Positions 56,188 through 64,000 of a DNA stretch of 64,000 nt are shown here, piece after piece; positions within the stretch are counted from its first letter, which is position 1; each line of letters starts with the position of its first letter. The stretch covers positions 4,001-68,000 of the forward strand of contig CANPXS010000001.1 of assembly GCA_947586625.1 (NCBI GenBank), given 5' to 3'. The stretch comes from an uncultured Clostridia bacterium (GTDB taxonomy: Bacteria; Bacillota; Clostridia; Oscillospirales; CAG-272). Position numbers and translations under genes: made by a program. A model generated the notes under the pieces. The model saw only the letters and a program-made list of their open reading frames with translations. It searched no databases and was not told the DNA's origin.

Positions 56188-56891
56188 TCAGTTTGCCGGC
56201 AGGAATCCGCGTATCGCTCCCGCGACCGCGCTGACGGGCATCGACTGTATCCATACGGTGCCGGGTCCCGTGAGGACCGTGTTGAAGAAGCCCTCGCCGC
56301 CGAAGAGCTTATTCTTGAGTCCCGCGACTGACTGTATATCGAGTCCTACCGTCGACGTCATCGCGGCGAGATAGCCCGTGTCGACGATGAGCTGTTCGCC
56401 GGGCGCAAGGTCGTAGCGGCAGCAGTAGCCGTCTATCTCGATAAACGCCGTGCCGCTGCCGGAAAGCTTCTGCATGATGAAGCCCTCGCCGCCGAAAAAG
56501 CCCGCGCCGAGCTTCTTCTGCATATGTACCGACAGCGTGACCGTTTGCTCGGACGCGAGGAACGCCGACTTCTGCGCTATTATCTCCTGACCGGGCGCGA
56601 TGTTGAACGCCATTATGGTGCCGGGGAAGCTCGAGCCCCATCGGCCGTCACGGGGCCGGGACGGCCGATGGGGCTCTTGCCCTCTCCGCCCTCGGCGGTG
56701 TATATGTTCTGGAACATGGATTCGCCCGAGAACATGCGTCCCATCGCTTTGCTGAGTCCGCCCGCTTTAGTCTCCATCTTCATGTTCGGCGACATCCAGC
56801 TCATGGAACCTTTTTCCGTTATGAGCGACTCGCCTGCGTCGACGTGGCATATGACGACGGGGAGCGGTTCGCCTACTATCTCGTATCTCAT
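56188..56891 (-). pseudogene. AIM24/TIGR00266-family gene split by a frameshifting palindromic insertion
   Basis: The N-terminal part (56613-56891, MRYEIVGEPLPVVICHV..MFQNIYTAEGGEGK) and the C-terminal part (56188-56613, preceded in frame by SSFPGTI) are in different frames. The junction coincides with the 42-bp quasi-palindrome at 56634-56675. Confidence 0.7.
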
Positions 56892-57041
56892 GTAATACCT
56901 CCGAATGATATGCTAAATTGATTGTTATAATGATATTATACTACCGATCGGTCAAAAATGCAACTGTAAGCACCGATGAGTTGACAACCGTCTGTGTCGG
57001 GGATATACTGTATATATAAACCGCTCATAAAGGGGACGCAT

Positions 57042-57512
57042 ATGGAAAATACAGCCTTTTACACCTGCACCGTCAATTCTCCCGTCGGTGCCATTACCAT
57101 AACCGAGCATGACGGCGCGATCGTACATATCAAGATCAAATCGACGGCTCCGAAATCGTCGCCCGAAACGCCGTTGCTAAATGACGCCTGCCGTCAGCTC
57201 GACGAATATTTCGCACGCGAAAGGAGAGCTTTCGACCTTCCGCTCTCCCCTGTAGGGACGCCGTTTCGGTTACGCGTTTGGGACGCGCTCCGCACGATCC
57301 CGTACGGCTGCCGCGTATCATACGGCGACATTGCGCGCATGATAGGCTCGCCGCGAGCATGCCGCGCCGTCGGCGGCGCCAATCACGCAAACCCAATACC
57401 GATAATTATCCCCTGCCATCGCGTCATAGGCGCGTCCGGCGCGCTCGTCGGCTTCGGCGGCGGGCTCGACGTCAAAAAATACCTGCTCGACCTCGAATCG
57501 GACAGCGTATAA
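57042..57512 (+). CDS. ogt: methylated-DNA--protein-cysteine methyltransferase
   Basis: Active-site IPCHRVIG. ATG at 57042 after AAAGGGGA. Confidence 0.9.
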   Translation: MENTAFYTCTVNSPVGAITITEHDGAIVHIKIKSTAPKSSPETPLLNDACRQLDEYFARERRAFDLPLSPVGTPFRLRVWDALRTIPYGCRVSYGDIARMIGSPRACRAVGGANHANPIPIIIPCHRVIGASGALVGFGGGLDVKKYLLDLESDSV

Positions 57513-57525
57513 AACAAAAAATTGT

Positions 57526-57555
57526 GGGAGACGGCTTTCGAAAAGGCCGTCTCCC
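57526..57555. terminator. hairpin terminator between convergent ogt and the zinc-ribbon gene
   Basis: GGGAGACGGC-TTTCGAAAAG-GCCGTCTCCC, with an A/T-rich left flank (T-run for the minus-strand gene). Confidence 0.6.
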
Positions 57556-57580
57556 GCAATTAGTCTTTCACATTTTTACT

Positions 57581-59227
57581 TTATCTCATGCCTTCGACGA
57601 CGAGCGTGAACTCCGTTCCCGATTCAACCGCGTACATGTCGACAGTACCCGTTTCGGAATTGTAACCGGCGAAGCAGTACGTCACCGACGACAGCGGCAG
57701 CAAGCTGTACGACGAGCTCGTGTAGGCGTCGTCGAGCACTTGCGTCTTTTTGCCTCCGTTCTTGCACGCGTAAAGAACGCCGCTGTTCGACGAATAGCTG
57801 TATTCGCCGATAAACATCGCGTATCCGTCGTGTGTTACGGCAACGCTGACAATATCGTCAGCCACCTTTTTCGGCTTTTTCGTTCCCTTTGCAAACCAAA
57901 GCGCATCGTCCTCGTCGATGTAGTACGCGGACTTTCCGTCTCTCGACATTGCAAACGTATTGACGTCCTCCGCGATTTCCACGGATTCGTCTATATCGTT
58001 CTCTTTGACGCGGTAAAGAGTATCGTCGCGCATATAGTACAGCGTCTTGCCGTCATCGCTGATACTCACGCTGCCGTATGTCACCGACGACGCGACGCGC
58101 TCCGTCTCAACATCGTCCTCGAGGTATACGATAGTCCCCGCAGACGTGTTGTAGTAGAACATCTCTGAAAGCGTTTCCACTCCGTACGTCGCCGCGGAGA
58201 AAACTCCGCCGCTGTATAATGTGTACAATGTTCCGTGCTGCGCAGTCCCCGGTATTATCGGCACGATCATGCCCGAACCGAGCTTCTGCTTGTCACCGCC
58301 CTTGATTGAGATATAGCAGTCGCCGTCAGACGCCGTGAATATCATTTCTGTGTTGTCGCGATTGAAAACGAACGTGCCGCCGACGCCGACCGACAGCTTC
58401 GTGCTGTCGCCCTTCATGTCGTAGATGTAGAGACCGTCTTTGTCGGTGTTGTAGCAGTAGATGTATTTGCCCTTGTTCGATATCGCAATAGCGACGAGCG
58501 CGTCGTCTATCTCGACCGACTTTTTGCCGTTGTAGACGTAGAGGTCATCGTCTCCGTTCTTGTCGGTGACCACGTAAGCCACATACTTGCCGTCCGGTGA
58601 CATTACAATACTCGAAGAAGCATTGACATCGTCCGCCACATTCGACTTTTTGCCGTTTTTGATGTTGTATACGCCGAGCGTACCGTCCTCGTCGACATAT
58701 GCGATGATACCGCCCGACAGCGTCATATTTTCAACTCCGTCGAGCACCTGATCGAGACCGCCGTCCTTGTTGCTGACGTACACGTCGCCGTCAGACATAA
58801 GGATTGCCACGGTCTGTCTGTCCATCGACGAGAGCGTAATTTTGACGCCGCCTTCATCGTCGCCCAACTGCTCCGACACCGGAGTTGCCGCGGCTCCGTT
58901 GACGAGGAACGATCCGTCCGCGCCGAATGTGGGAGCAAGCACCGAATCGACCATATCAAACTTTCCGCCGCCATTCGACAAAACAGCGATGACCGCTATC
59001 ACAACGATCAAAACGACCACTGCCGCAGCCGCTATAAGCGCGGTCTTTTTTCCGGGCGCTTTGCCCTTCAGTTTTTCCGCTATCTGCTCTATCTGTTCCT
59101 TATTATTGACCGTATTCACGGCTTGTCCGGCATTATTTTCCGCTTCACTCTTTTCAAACGGAGCGCCGCATGTGAGACAATAATTGTTTTCGGGAGCGTT
59201 ATCGGCTCCACACCTCGGACATTTCAT
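57581..59227 (-). CDS. zinc-ribbon / TM / beta-propeller-repeat (DUF5050-like) protein
   Basis: It starts at MKCPRCGADNAPENNYCLTCGAPF (RBS AGGAGGGG), has one TM helix, then repetitive D/G/Y-rich strands. The longer ORF to 59311 was rejected. Confidence 0.8.
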   Translation of the reverse strand: MKCPRCGADNAPENNYCLTCGAPFEKSEAENNAGQAVNTVNNKEQIEQIAEKLKGKAPGKKTALIAAAAVVVLIVVIAVIAVLSNGGGKFDMVDSVLAPTFGADGSFLVNGAAATPVSEQLGDDEGGVKITLSSMDRQTVAILMSDGDVYVSNKDGGLDQVLDGVENMTLSGGIIAYVDEDGTLGVYNIKNGKKSNVADDVNASSSIVMSPDGKYVAYVVTDKNGDDDLYVYNGKKSVEIDDALVAIAISNKGKYIYCYNTDKDGLYIYDMKGDSTKLSVGVGGTFVFNRDNTEMIFTASDGDCYISIKGGDKQKLGSGMIVPIIPGTAQHGTLYTLYSGGVFSAATYGVETLSEMFYYNTSAGTIVYLEDDVETERVASSVTYGSVSISDDGKTLYYMRDDTLYRVKENDIDESVEIAEDVNTFAMSRDGKSAYYIDEDDALWFAKGTKKPKKVADDIVSVAVTHDGYAMFIGEYSYSSNSGVLYACKNGGKKTQVLDDAYTSSSYSLLPLSSVTYCFAGYNSETGTVDMYAVESGTEFTLVVEGMR

Positions 59228-59408
59228 TTTTACCCCTCCTGTTGTGACCGCAAAAGCGCCGCACACGACGCCGCCCGCAGACATAGGGTTTTGCCCTACA
59301 TTATATTTCATATATGATTATACAATTTGCATCGTATTTTGTCAATACCCGTGCCGCATTTTGCACAGTCGCGACAGATGTTTACCGCGATGTTTTTTCA
59401 AAAAACGG

Positions 59409-59437
59409 TTGACAAATAAAGCAGTTTATTCTATAAT
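59409..59437 (+). promoter_or_regulatory. consensus promoter of the oadB leader
   Basis: TTGACA (59409-59414), 17-bp spacer, TATAAT (59432-59437). Confidence 0.75.
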
Positions 59438-59443
59438 AATCAT

Positions 59444-59633
59444 GTACAGGGAGTAGCCGGCGGAAACGCGGCTGCGGGCGTCAGTACGGATGTGTGCAGA
59501 GCGCACGTCCCGCCCGGGCATAAACGGCGCGGTTTTGCGTCGTGACGGCAAGACTGTTGTGGGATACGTGTTTTCGTCGTGCCCGCAGCGGTCTTTTTTC
59601 ATTAGTAAATTATATCCGTAAGGAGCTTTATAT
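59444..59633 (+). promoter_or_regulatory. structured 5' leader with intrinsic terminator (candidate riboswitch/attenuator)
   Basis: GNRA-capped hairpin AGCCGGCG-GAAA-CGCGGCT. Nested stem GCGGGCG..GGATGTGTGC-AGA-GCGCACGTCC..CGCCCG. A 14-bp terminator stem (59550-59563 / 59582-59595) is followed by TTTTTT. RBS AAGGAG precedes the ATG at 59634. Confidence 0.55.
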
Positions 59634-60731
59634 ATGGAGATACTTTACGAAAACCTGCTCAACATCACATGGCAGATGGTCGTCATGTGGGTGATAGGCG
59701 GCGTCCTCATCTACCTCGCGATCGCGAAGGACATGGAGCCGACGCTGCTCCTTCCGATAGGATTCGGCGCGATACTCGTCAACCTGCCTATGTCGGGCGC
59801 GCTCGAACCGCTGCAGACCCTATTCGACGCCGGTATCGCGAACGAGCTGTTCCCGCTGATACTGTTCATCGGCATCGGCGCGATGTGCGACTTCTCGCCT
59901 ATACTGTCGAATCCGAAGCTGATGCTGTTCGGTGCGGCGGCGCAGTTCGGCATATTTTTCACGCTCTGCATGGCGTCCATGTTCTTCGACATCAACGACG
60001 CGGCGTCGATAGCGATAATAGGCGCCGCAGACGGTCCGACCTCGATCGTTGTGGCGCAGAAGCTCGGCTCGAAGTATCTCGGCGCGATAATGGTCGCCGC
60101 GTACTCGTATATGTCGCTCGTACCGATCATACAGCCGCCGGTCATAAAGGCGCTGACGACGAAGAAGGAGCGCATGATACGCATGCCGTACGTGGAGCAT
60201 GAGGTGTCGAAAAAGACGAAGATCATGTTCCCGATAGTTATAACCGTTATCGCGGGCATCATCGCTCCCGACTCTGCGGCGCTCGTGGGATTTCTGATGT
60301 TCGGCAACCTGATACGCGAATGCGGCGTCCTCGATTCGCTGTCAAATACAGCGCAGAACGTGCTTGCAAATCTTGTAACGATATTCCTCGGCATCACGAT
60401 AGCGCTCCGCATGCAGGCGGCGGAATTTCTGACCGTCAACACGCTGCTCATAATCGGTCTCGGACTCATCGCTTTCATCGTAGACACGGCGGGCGGCGTC
60501 ATATTCGCAAAGATAATGAACCTGTTCCTCAAGGACGGTCACAAGATAAACCCGATGATAGGCGCAGCGGGCATTTCCGCGTTCCCGATGTCGGGGCGCG
60601 TCGTCCACAAGATGGCGCTCAAGGAGGACCCATCCAACTTCATACTGATGCAGGCGATGGGAGTGAACGCGTCCGGTCAGATCGCGTCCGTCATCGCGGG
60701 CGGTCTGATACTCGGATTTTTCCTGAAATAA
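59634..60731 (+). CDS. oadB: sodium ion-translocating decarboxylase, beta subunit
   Basis: 365-aa polytopic membrane protein. The stretches IGAADGPTSIVVAQKLG and MQAMGVNASGQI are typical of OadB/GcdB/MmdB. Confidence 0.88.
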   Translation: MEILYENLLNITWQMVVMWVIGGVLIYLAIAKDMEPTLLLPIGFGAILVNLPMSGALEPLQTLFDAGIANELFPLILFIGIGAMCDFSPILSNPKLMLFGAAAQFGIFFTLCMASMFFDINDAASIAIIGAADGPTSIVVAQKLGSKYLGAIMVAAYSYMSLVPIIQPPVIKALTTKKERMIRMPYVEHEVSKKTKIMFPIVITVIAGIIAPDSAALVGFLMFGNLIRECGVLDSLSNTAQNVLANLVTIFLGITIALRMQAAEFLTVNTLLIIGLGLIAFIVDTAGGVIFAKIMNLFLKDGHKINPMIGAAGISAFPMSGRVVHKMALKEDPSNFILMQAMGVNASGQIASVIAGGLILGFFLK

Positions 60732-60797
60732 TGCGCGGCGAATTGCGTTTTTCGCCGCAGTGACGGAACAAAAACTACTATTATTTAGGAGGGTGTC

Positions 60798-60947
60798 ATG
60801 GATTTCAATCCTATGAATTTTGTTGAAAATTTGCGCTATATGGGGCTCGGTATGCTGGGCATATTTATCGTGATGGGCGTCATCATCGCGTTCACGGCGA
60901 TTCTCGATAAAATAACGTCCGGCAAAAAGAACGGCGAGGACAAGTGA
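60798..60947 (+). CDS. oadG: decarboxylase gamma-type small membrane subunit (OadG-like)
   Basis: 49-aa ORF, too short for the ORF track: MDFNPMNFVENLRYMGLGMLGIFIVMGVIIAFTAILDKITSGKKNGEDK. RBS AGGAGGG lies 7 nt upstream. Confidence 0.65.
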   Translation: MDFNPMNFVENLRYMGLGMLGIFIVMGVIIAFTAILDKITSGKKNGEDK

Positions 60948-61284
60948 CCGCGCCGCGTTCATAAATAAAGACAAGCAGAAAAAACCTCTCCGATCTCACT
61001 TTGCATCGGAGTATTTTTCTTCTTTCACTCCCCCCTATAAAAATTCAACCCGCGGTTAACAACATATTTACTGACGGTGCCTTTACTTTTTCCGCGTCCG
61101 CGTATAAAATATACTCGGATGCGGACGTCGGCATACTCTTTACTAAAACAGAGGTATCGTCATGAAGATCAATATCGGAACAAACATAAAGCGAGGCAAA
61201 AAGTATTGATTTTCTCCGGGCGAAGTGTTACAATTTTGGCAGTAAGGCGGCGTTATGAGCGCCGTCGGGAAAGGACTTTGAATC

Positions 61285-62322
61285 ATGGCTTCCGAGAGTA
61301 AAAAAACGTATAAGACGAGCGGCGAAACAGAGCTGCCCGAGCTTAAGTTTCCGCCGGCAGATTACAGCCGAGAGAATTCGGAAATAGACATCCTCAGATC
61401 AAACACATTTGCACATGCATTCGACGGGTATGCTTCAAAGTGTTTATCCGGCAAGGATTTTAAATACACCGTCCCCATAACAGACGATTATTTCCGCGAT
61501 AAGAGAGATGCAGATTGGAATATGAATAAGGAAATAGCGCGACTGTTTGGCAAAGTGGAAAAGGGCATGGCGGAGTCAATGCAGGACTATATAATCGAAC
61601 ACAACGGCGTTATAGATTCTTGGTTCAATCCCGTAGACACTTTATATACAGATAACTTAACAACAGGCAAAGAAGCTCACCATTTCAATTATATGGGTTA
61701 TTTTCCTCCGAAAAATATACACGACTGGTATGTCTATCCCGGGACTTTTAATTATCGGCACGCGAAAGAAAAGGAAGACGAACTTTACGATAAATATCGG
61801 AAAGCAAAAAACGAGGAAAAAGGCTTTTTGGCTGCTCTTCTCACCGCCGGTGGGCTTTATCTTTCCATAGGCGCGCTGACGGTCCTCGGCGACCTTATAT
61901 TCCATATCGGCAGCTTTATCGACCCGTTCTTTGAGAAATTCCCCGCGCTCGGGACCGTGCTCGACCTGCCCTACATCATCCATTCGCTTATATTCGGCAT
62001 CTTCGGCGAAATAGAAGTTACAAAGGCGGCGGTGTTCTGCTCCGCCCTGCTCGCGGGAGCCTGCATTCTTGTTGCAGGGGTCTTATTCGCCGATATAAAA
62101 CGGCTCTATAATAACTCAAAAAACTATCATAAAGCCAAAAAGGAATATTTCAGCCATATAAAGAGCAAAGAATTCAAAAAGCTTATGAAGGAGTATAAGA
62201 TCGAGGCAAACGTTTATGAGTCCTTTGCCCTCAAATGGCATCAGGAATGGTTCAATTGGCTTATAAAAGTCGGCTACATAAAACCGGTCAGTTCCAAACA
62301 CAAACGCAGACTGTCCAGATAA
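61285..62322 (+). CDS. hypothetical membrane protein in an AT-richer segment
   Basis: 345 aa: a ~185-aa soluble N-terminus, 2-3 TM helices, and a Lys-rich C-terminus. No recognised family. Confidence 0.65.
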   Translation: MASESKKTYKTSGETELPELKFPPADYSRENSEIDILRSNTFAHAFDGYASKCLSGKDFKYTVPITDDYFRDKRDADWNMNKEIARLFGKVEKGMAESMQDYIIEHNGVIDSWFNPVDTLYTDNLTTGKEAHHFNYMGYFPPKNIHDWYVYPGTFNYRHAKEKEDELYDKYRKAKNEEKGFLAALLTAGGLYLSIGALTVLGDLIFHIGSFIDPFFEKFPALGTVLDLPYIIHSLIFGIFGEIEVTKAAVFCSALLAGACILVAGVLFADIKRLYNNSKNYHKAKKEYFSHIKSKEFKKLMKEYKIEANVYESFALKWHQEWFNWLIKVGYIKPVSSKHKRRLSR

Positions 62323-62331
62323 GGCTGCGAC

Positions 62332-63225
62332 ATGCTCTACTATAATCTCTCCACATACCTGCGAAACACATACGGTCACAGACTCGGCAAGCTCTGCATC
62401 GACGGCGGCTTCACATGCCCCAACCGCGACGGGACCTGCGGTGTCGGCGGCTGCATATTCTGCGGCGAGCGCGGCGCGGGCGAACACATAATATGCGGCT
62501 CAATAGCGGAGCAGGCAAAGCGCTACTTCGACTCGCCCGCGTCGGCGAAATACCGTGAGCACATAGTATACTTTCAAAATTTCACCGGCACGTACGCGCC
62601 GCCCGGGACGCTGTACGAACGGTACGCATCCGCACTCGACGTCGGCGGCGACAGCGTGCGCGTGCTCGCTGTCGGCACGCGCCCCGACTGCATAGACGAT
62701 GAACGCGCCGACACGCTCGCGTCGTTTATCACCGACCGCCGCGATGTCTGGTGCGAGCTCGGACTTCAAACAGCGTCGGACGAGACCGCGCGCTTCATAA
62801 ACCGCGGATACAGGACCGCGCGCTTCGCAGACGCCGTGCAAACGCTGCACTCGCGAGGGATAAAAGTCGTCGCGCATATGATGATAGGACTGCCGCGTGC
62901 CGAAAACGTCCGCGAGAACGCGGGCGACGTCGCCGCGACCGTCGACCTCATAAACTCGCTTCCCGTGTTCGGCGTCAAGATACACTCCCTCTACGTCATG
63001 CGCGGCACGCGCCTCTGCGACCTCTACGAGCGCGGACTTTACACGCCGCTGACGCTCGACGAATACGCCTCGCTCGCCGCATCTTCGATATCGCGCCTGC
63101 GCCCCGACATCGTCCTGCACCGCATAACCGGCGACTGTCCCCGCGATATGCTCGCGGCGCCCATGTGGTGCGCGGACAAACGCTCCGTCATCGCGGCGAT
63201 TGAGACGCGTCTGCGCGCACGGTAA
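62332..63225 (+). CDS. TIGR01212-family radical SAM protein
   Basis: N-terminal FTCPNRDGTCGVGGCIFCGERG cluster motif. 297 aa. Confidence 0.88.
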   Translation: MLYYNLSTYLRNTYGHRLGKLCIDGGFTCPNRDGTCGVGGCIFCGERGAGEHIICGSIAEQAKRYFDSPASAKYREHIVYFQNFTGTYAPPGTLYERYASALDVGGDSVRVLAVGTRPDCIDDERADTLASFITDRRDVWCELGLQTASDETARFINRGYRTARFADAVQTLHSRGIKVVAHMMIGLPRAENVRENAGDVAATVDLINSLPVFGVKIHSLYVMRGTRLCDLYERGLYTPLTLDEYASLAASSISRLRPDIVLHRITGDCPRDMLAAPMWCADKRSVIAAIETRLRAR

Positions 63226-63240
63226 ACGGAAAAAGGAAAA

Positions 63241-63261
63241 GCCCCGACCGAAGGTCGGGGC
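63241..63261. terminator. hairpin terminator between convergent genes
   Basis: GCCCCGACC-GAA-GGTCGGGGC, preceded by an AAAA-rich run. Confidence 0.65.
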
Positions 63262-63281
63262 TTGCCCATATAAAGGAGCGA

Positions 63282-63596
63282 TCACTGCTCCTCGTTTTCG
63301 TTATCGGACTGTTCGGACTCTTCTTCGTCCTTTTCGTCTGCGTCGCCGCAGCAGCACTCATCGGACTCTTCCTCGTCCTCATCCTCATCGCAGCAGCAAT
63401 CGTCGTCATCTTCGCAGCAGCACTCGTCGCCGTCATCGTCGAGATCGTCGATATCCTCGAGCTCGACCGTGATCTTGAGATACTTCTTGAACACGCGTTC
63501 AAGCACAGCCTCCGCAGCTACAAAAGCTCCTATAACGGCGGCGATTATAATGAGCGCGCGCCACAAACCTTTACACGGGCAGTTTTTCTTTTCCAT
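63282..63596 (-). CDS. small membrane-anchored acidic protein with three CCC triplets
   Basis: MEKKNCPCKGLWRALIIIAAVIGAFVAA (TM), then a D/E-rich tail: ..GDECCCEDDDDCCCDEDEDEEESDECCCGD.. Confidence 0.6.
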   Translation of the reverse strand: MEKKNCPCKGLWRALIIIAAVIGAFVAAEAVLERVFKKYLKITVELEDIDDLDDDGDECCCEDDDDCCCDEDEDEEESDECCCGDADEKDEEESEQSDNENEEQ

Positions 63597-63732
63597 TCTA
63601 AAAAACTACCTCCTTTCTCTCTCGATTATTTCGGCGGGGACTACCCTGCCGACTATAATTATATCATGTGTACGAGCCGTAGTCAAGCCGATTTTGCCGC
63701 TTAGCGAATGTTTTTCGCACAAAATCCGACTG

Positions 63733-63894
63733 TCAGCCGACCGCCTGCCATCCGTCGCGGTACACAAACGCGGGAACGTGCGCCGACACACCGTCGTCTC
63801 CGCCGACTCTCACGTCAAACACCGGCACGGAAACGCTCACGCCCTCTGACTTTATTATCGCAGCCTTCATCGACCCGCCGACCGCTATCTTCAT
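63733..63894 (-). CDS. hypothetical small protein (53 aa)
   Basis: MKIAVGGSMKAAIIKSEGVSVSVPVFDVRVGGDDGVSAHVPAFVYRDGWQAVG. Its ATG overlaps the TGA of the upstream partial gene (ATGA). Not in the ORF track (<60 aa). Confidence 0.35.
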   Translation of the reverse strand: MKIAVGGSMKAAIIKSEGVSVSVPVFDVRVGGDDGVSAHVPAFVYRDGWQAVG

Positions 63895-64000
63895 TGGCCG
63901 ACCGGCAGCTTTGCCGTCGCCGCATACGTCCTAATTACCCTCTGCGGCGACGTCCAGTACGCGTCGTTCGCCGCATACGGCTCATACCCGCCGAAAACGT
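63891..64000 (-). CDS. 3' end of an unidentified gene truncated by the window edge
   Basis: An open frame on the minus strand ends ..VFGGYEPYAANDAYWTSPQRVIRTYAATAKLPVGQ* at 63891-63893. Confidence 0.35.
   Translation of the reverse strand, partial: VFGGYEPYAANDAYWTSPQRVIRTYAATAKLPVGQ

Overview
This is a GC-rich, densely coding Firmicutes/Clostridia-type chromosomal window. All calls come from reading the sequence and the ORF track; no searches were run, and domain names rest on motif recognition. Most of it is housekeeping: mini-RNase III, UDP-GlcNAc 2-epimerase, mscL, T-box-controlled valS, a GH112 phosphorylase, addB-addA, asnS, envelope genes (csaB, murJ, gtrA), holA, tRNA-Pro(CGG), a 10-gene Mrp-type antiporter cluster, ogt and oadB-oadG. 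The centre (about 29.4-37.5 kb) is different. An ~8.1-kb cassette lies exactly between the stop of csaB and the start of a DinG/XPD-like helicase gene. It carries a TerB-N/TerB-C protein, a DUF2791-type P-loop ATPase and an Lhr-like DExH helicase, which is the Shango anti-phage architecture. It also carries an extra fused-dimer retropepsin-like aspartyl protease. One perfect consensus promoter precedes these genes. They are separated by 250-500-bp arrays of a modular, hairpin-rich repeat family. Copies of that family form ~150-bp inverted repeats at the cassette ends, and ~200-260-bp near-identical inverted repeats bracket the TerB and ATPase genes plus their promoter. The same repeat modules fill a 1.1-kb non-coding zone beside tRNA-Pro. 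There, another perfect extended -10 promoter and a terminator delimit a ~350-nt ORF-less candidate structured RNA. Smaller oddities:
- a 19-bp tandem array of 10 units
- a 42-bp quasi-palindrome that frameshifts an AIM24-family gene
- a promoter-leader-terminator unit upstream of oadB
- a decayed LRR gene next to an IS3 remnant
- a small membrane-anchored acidic protein with three CCC triplets
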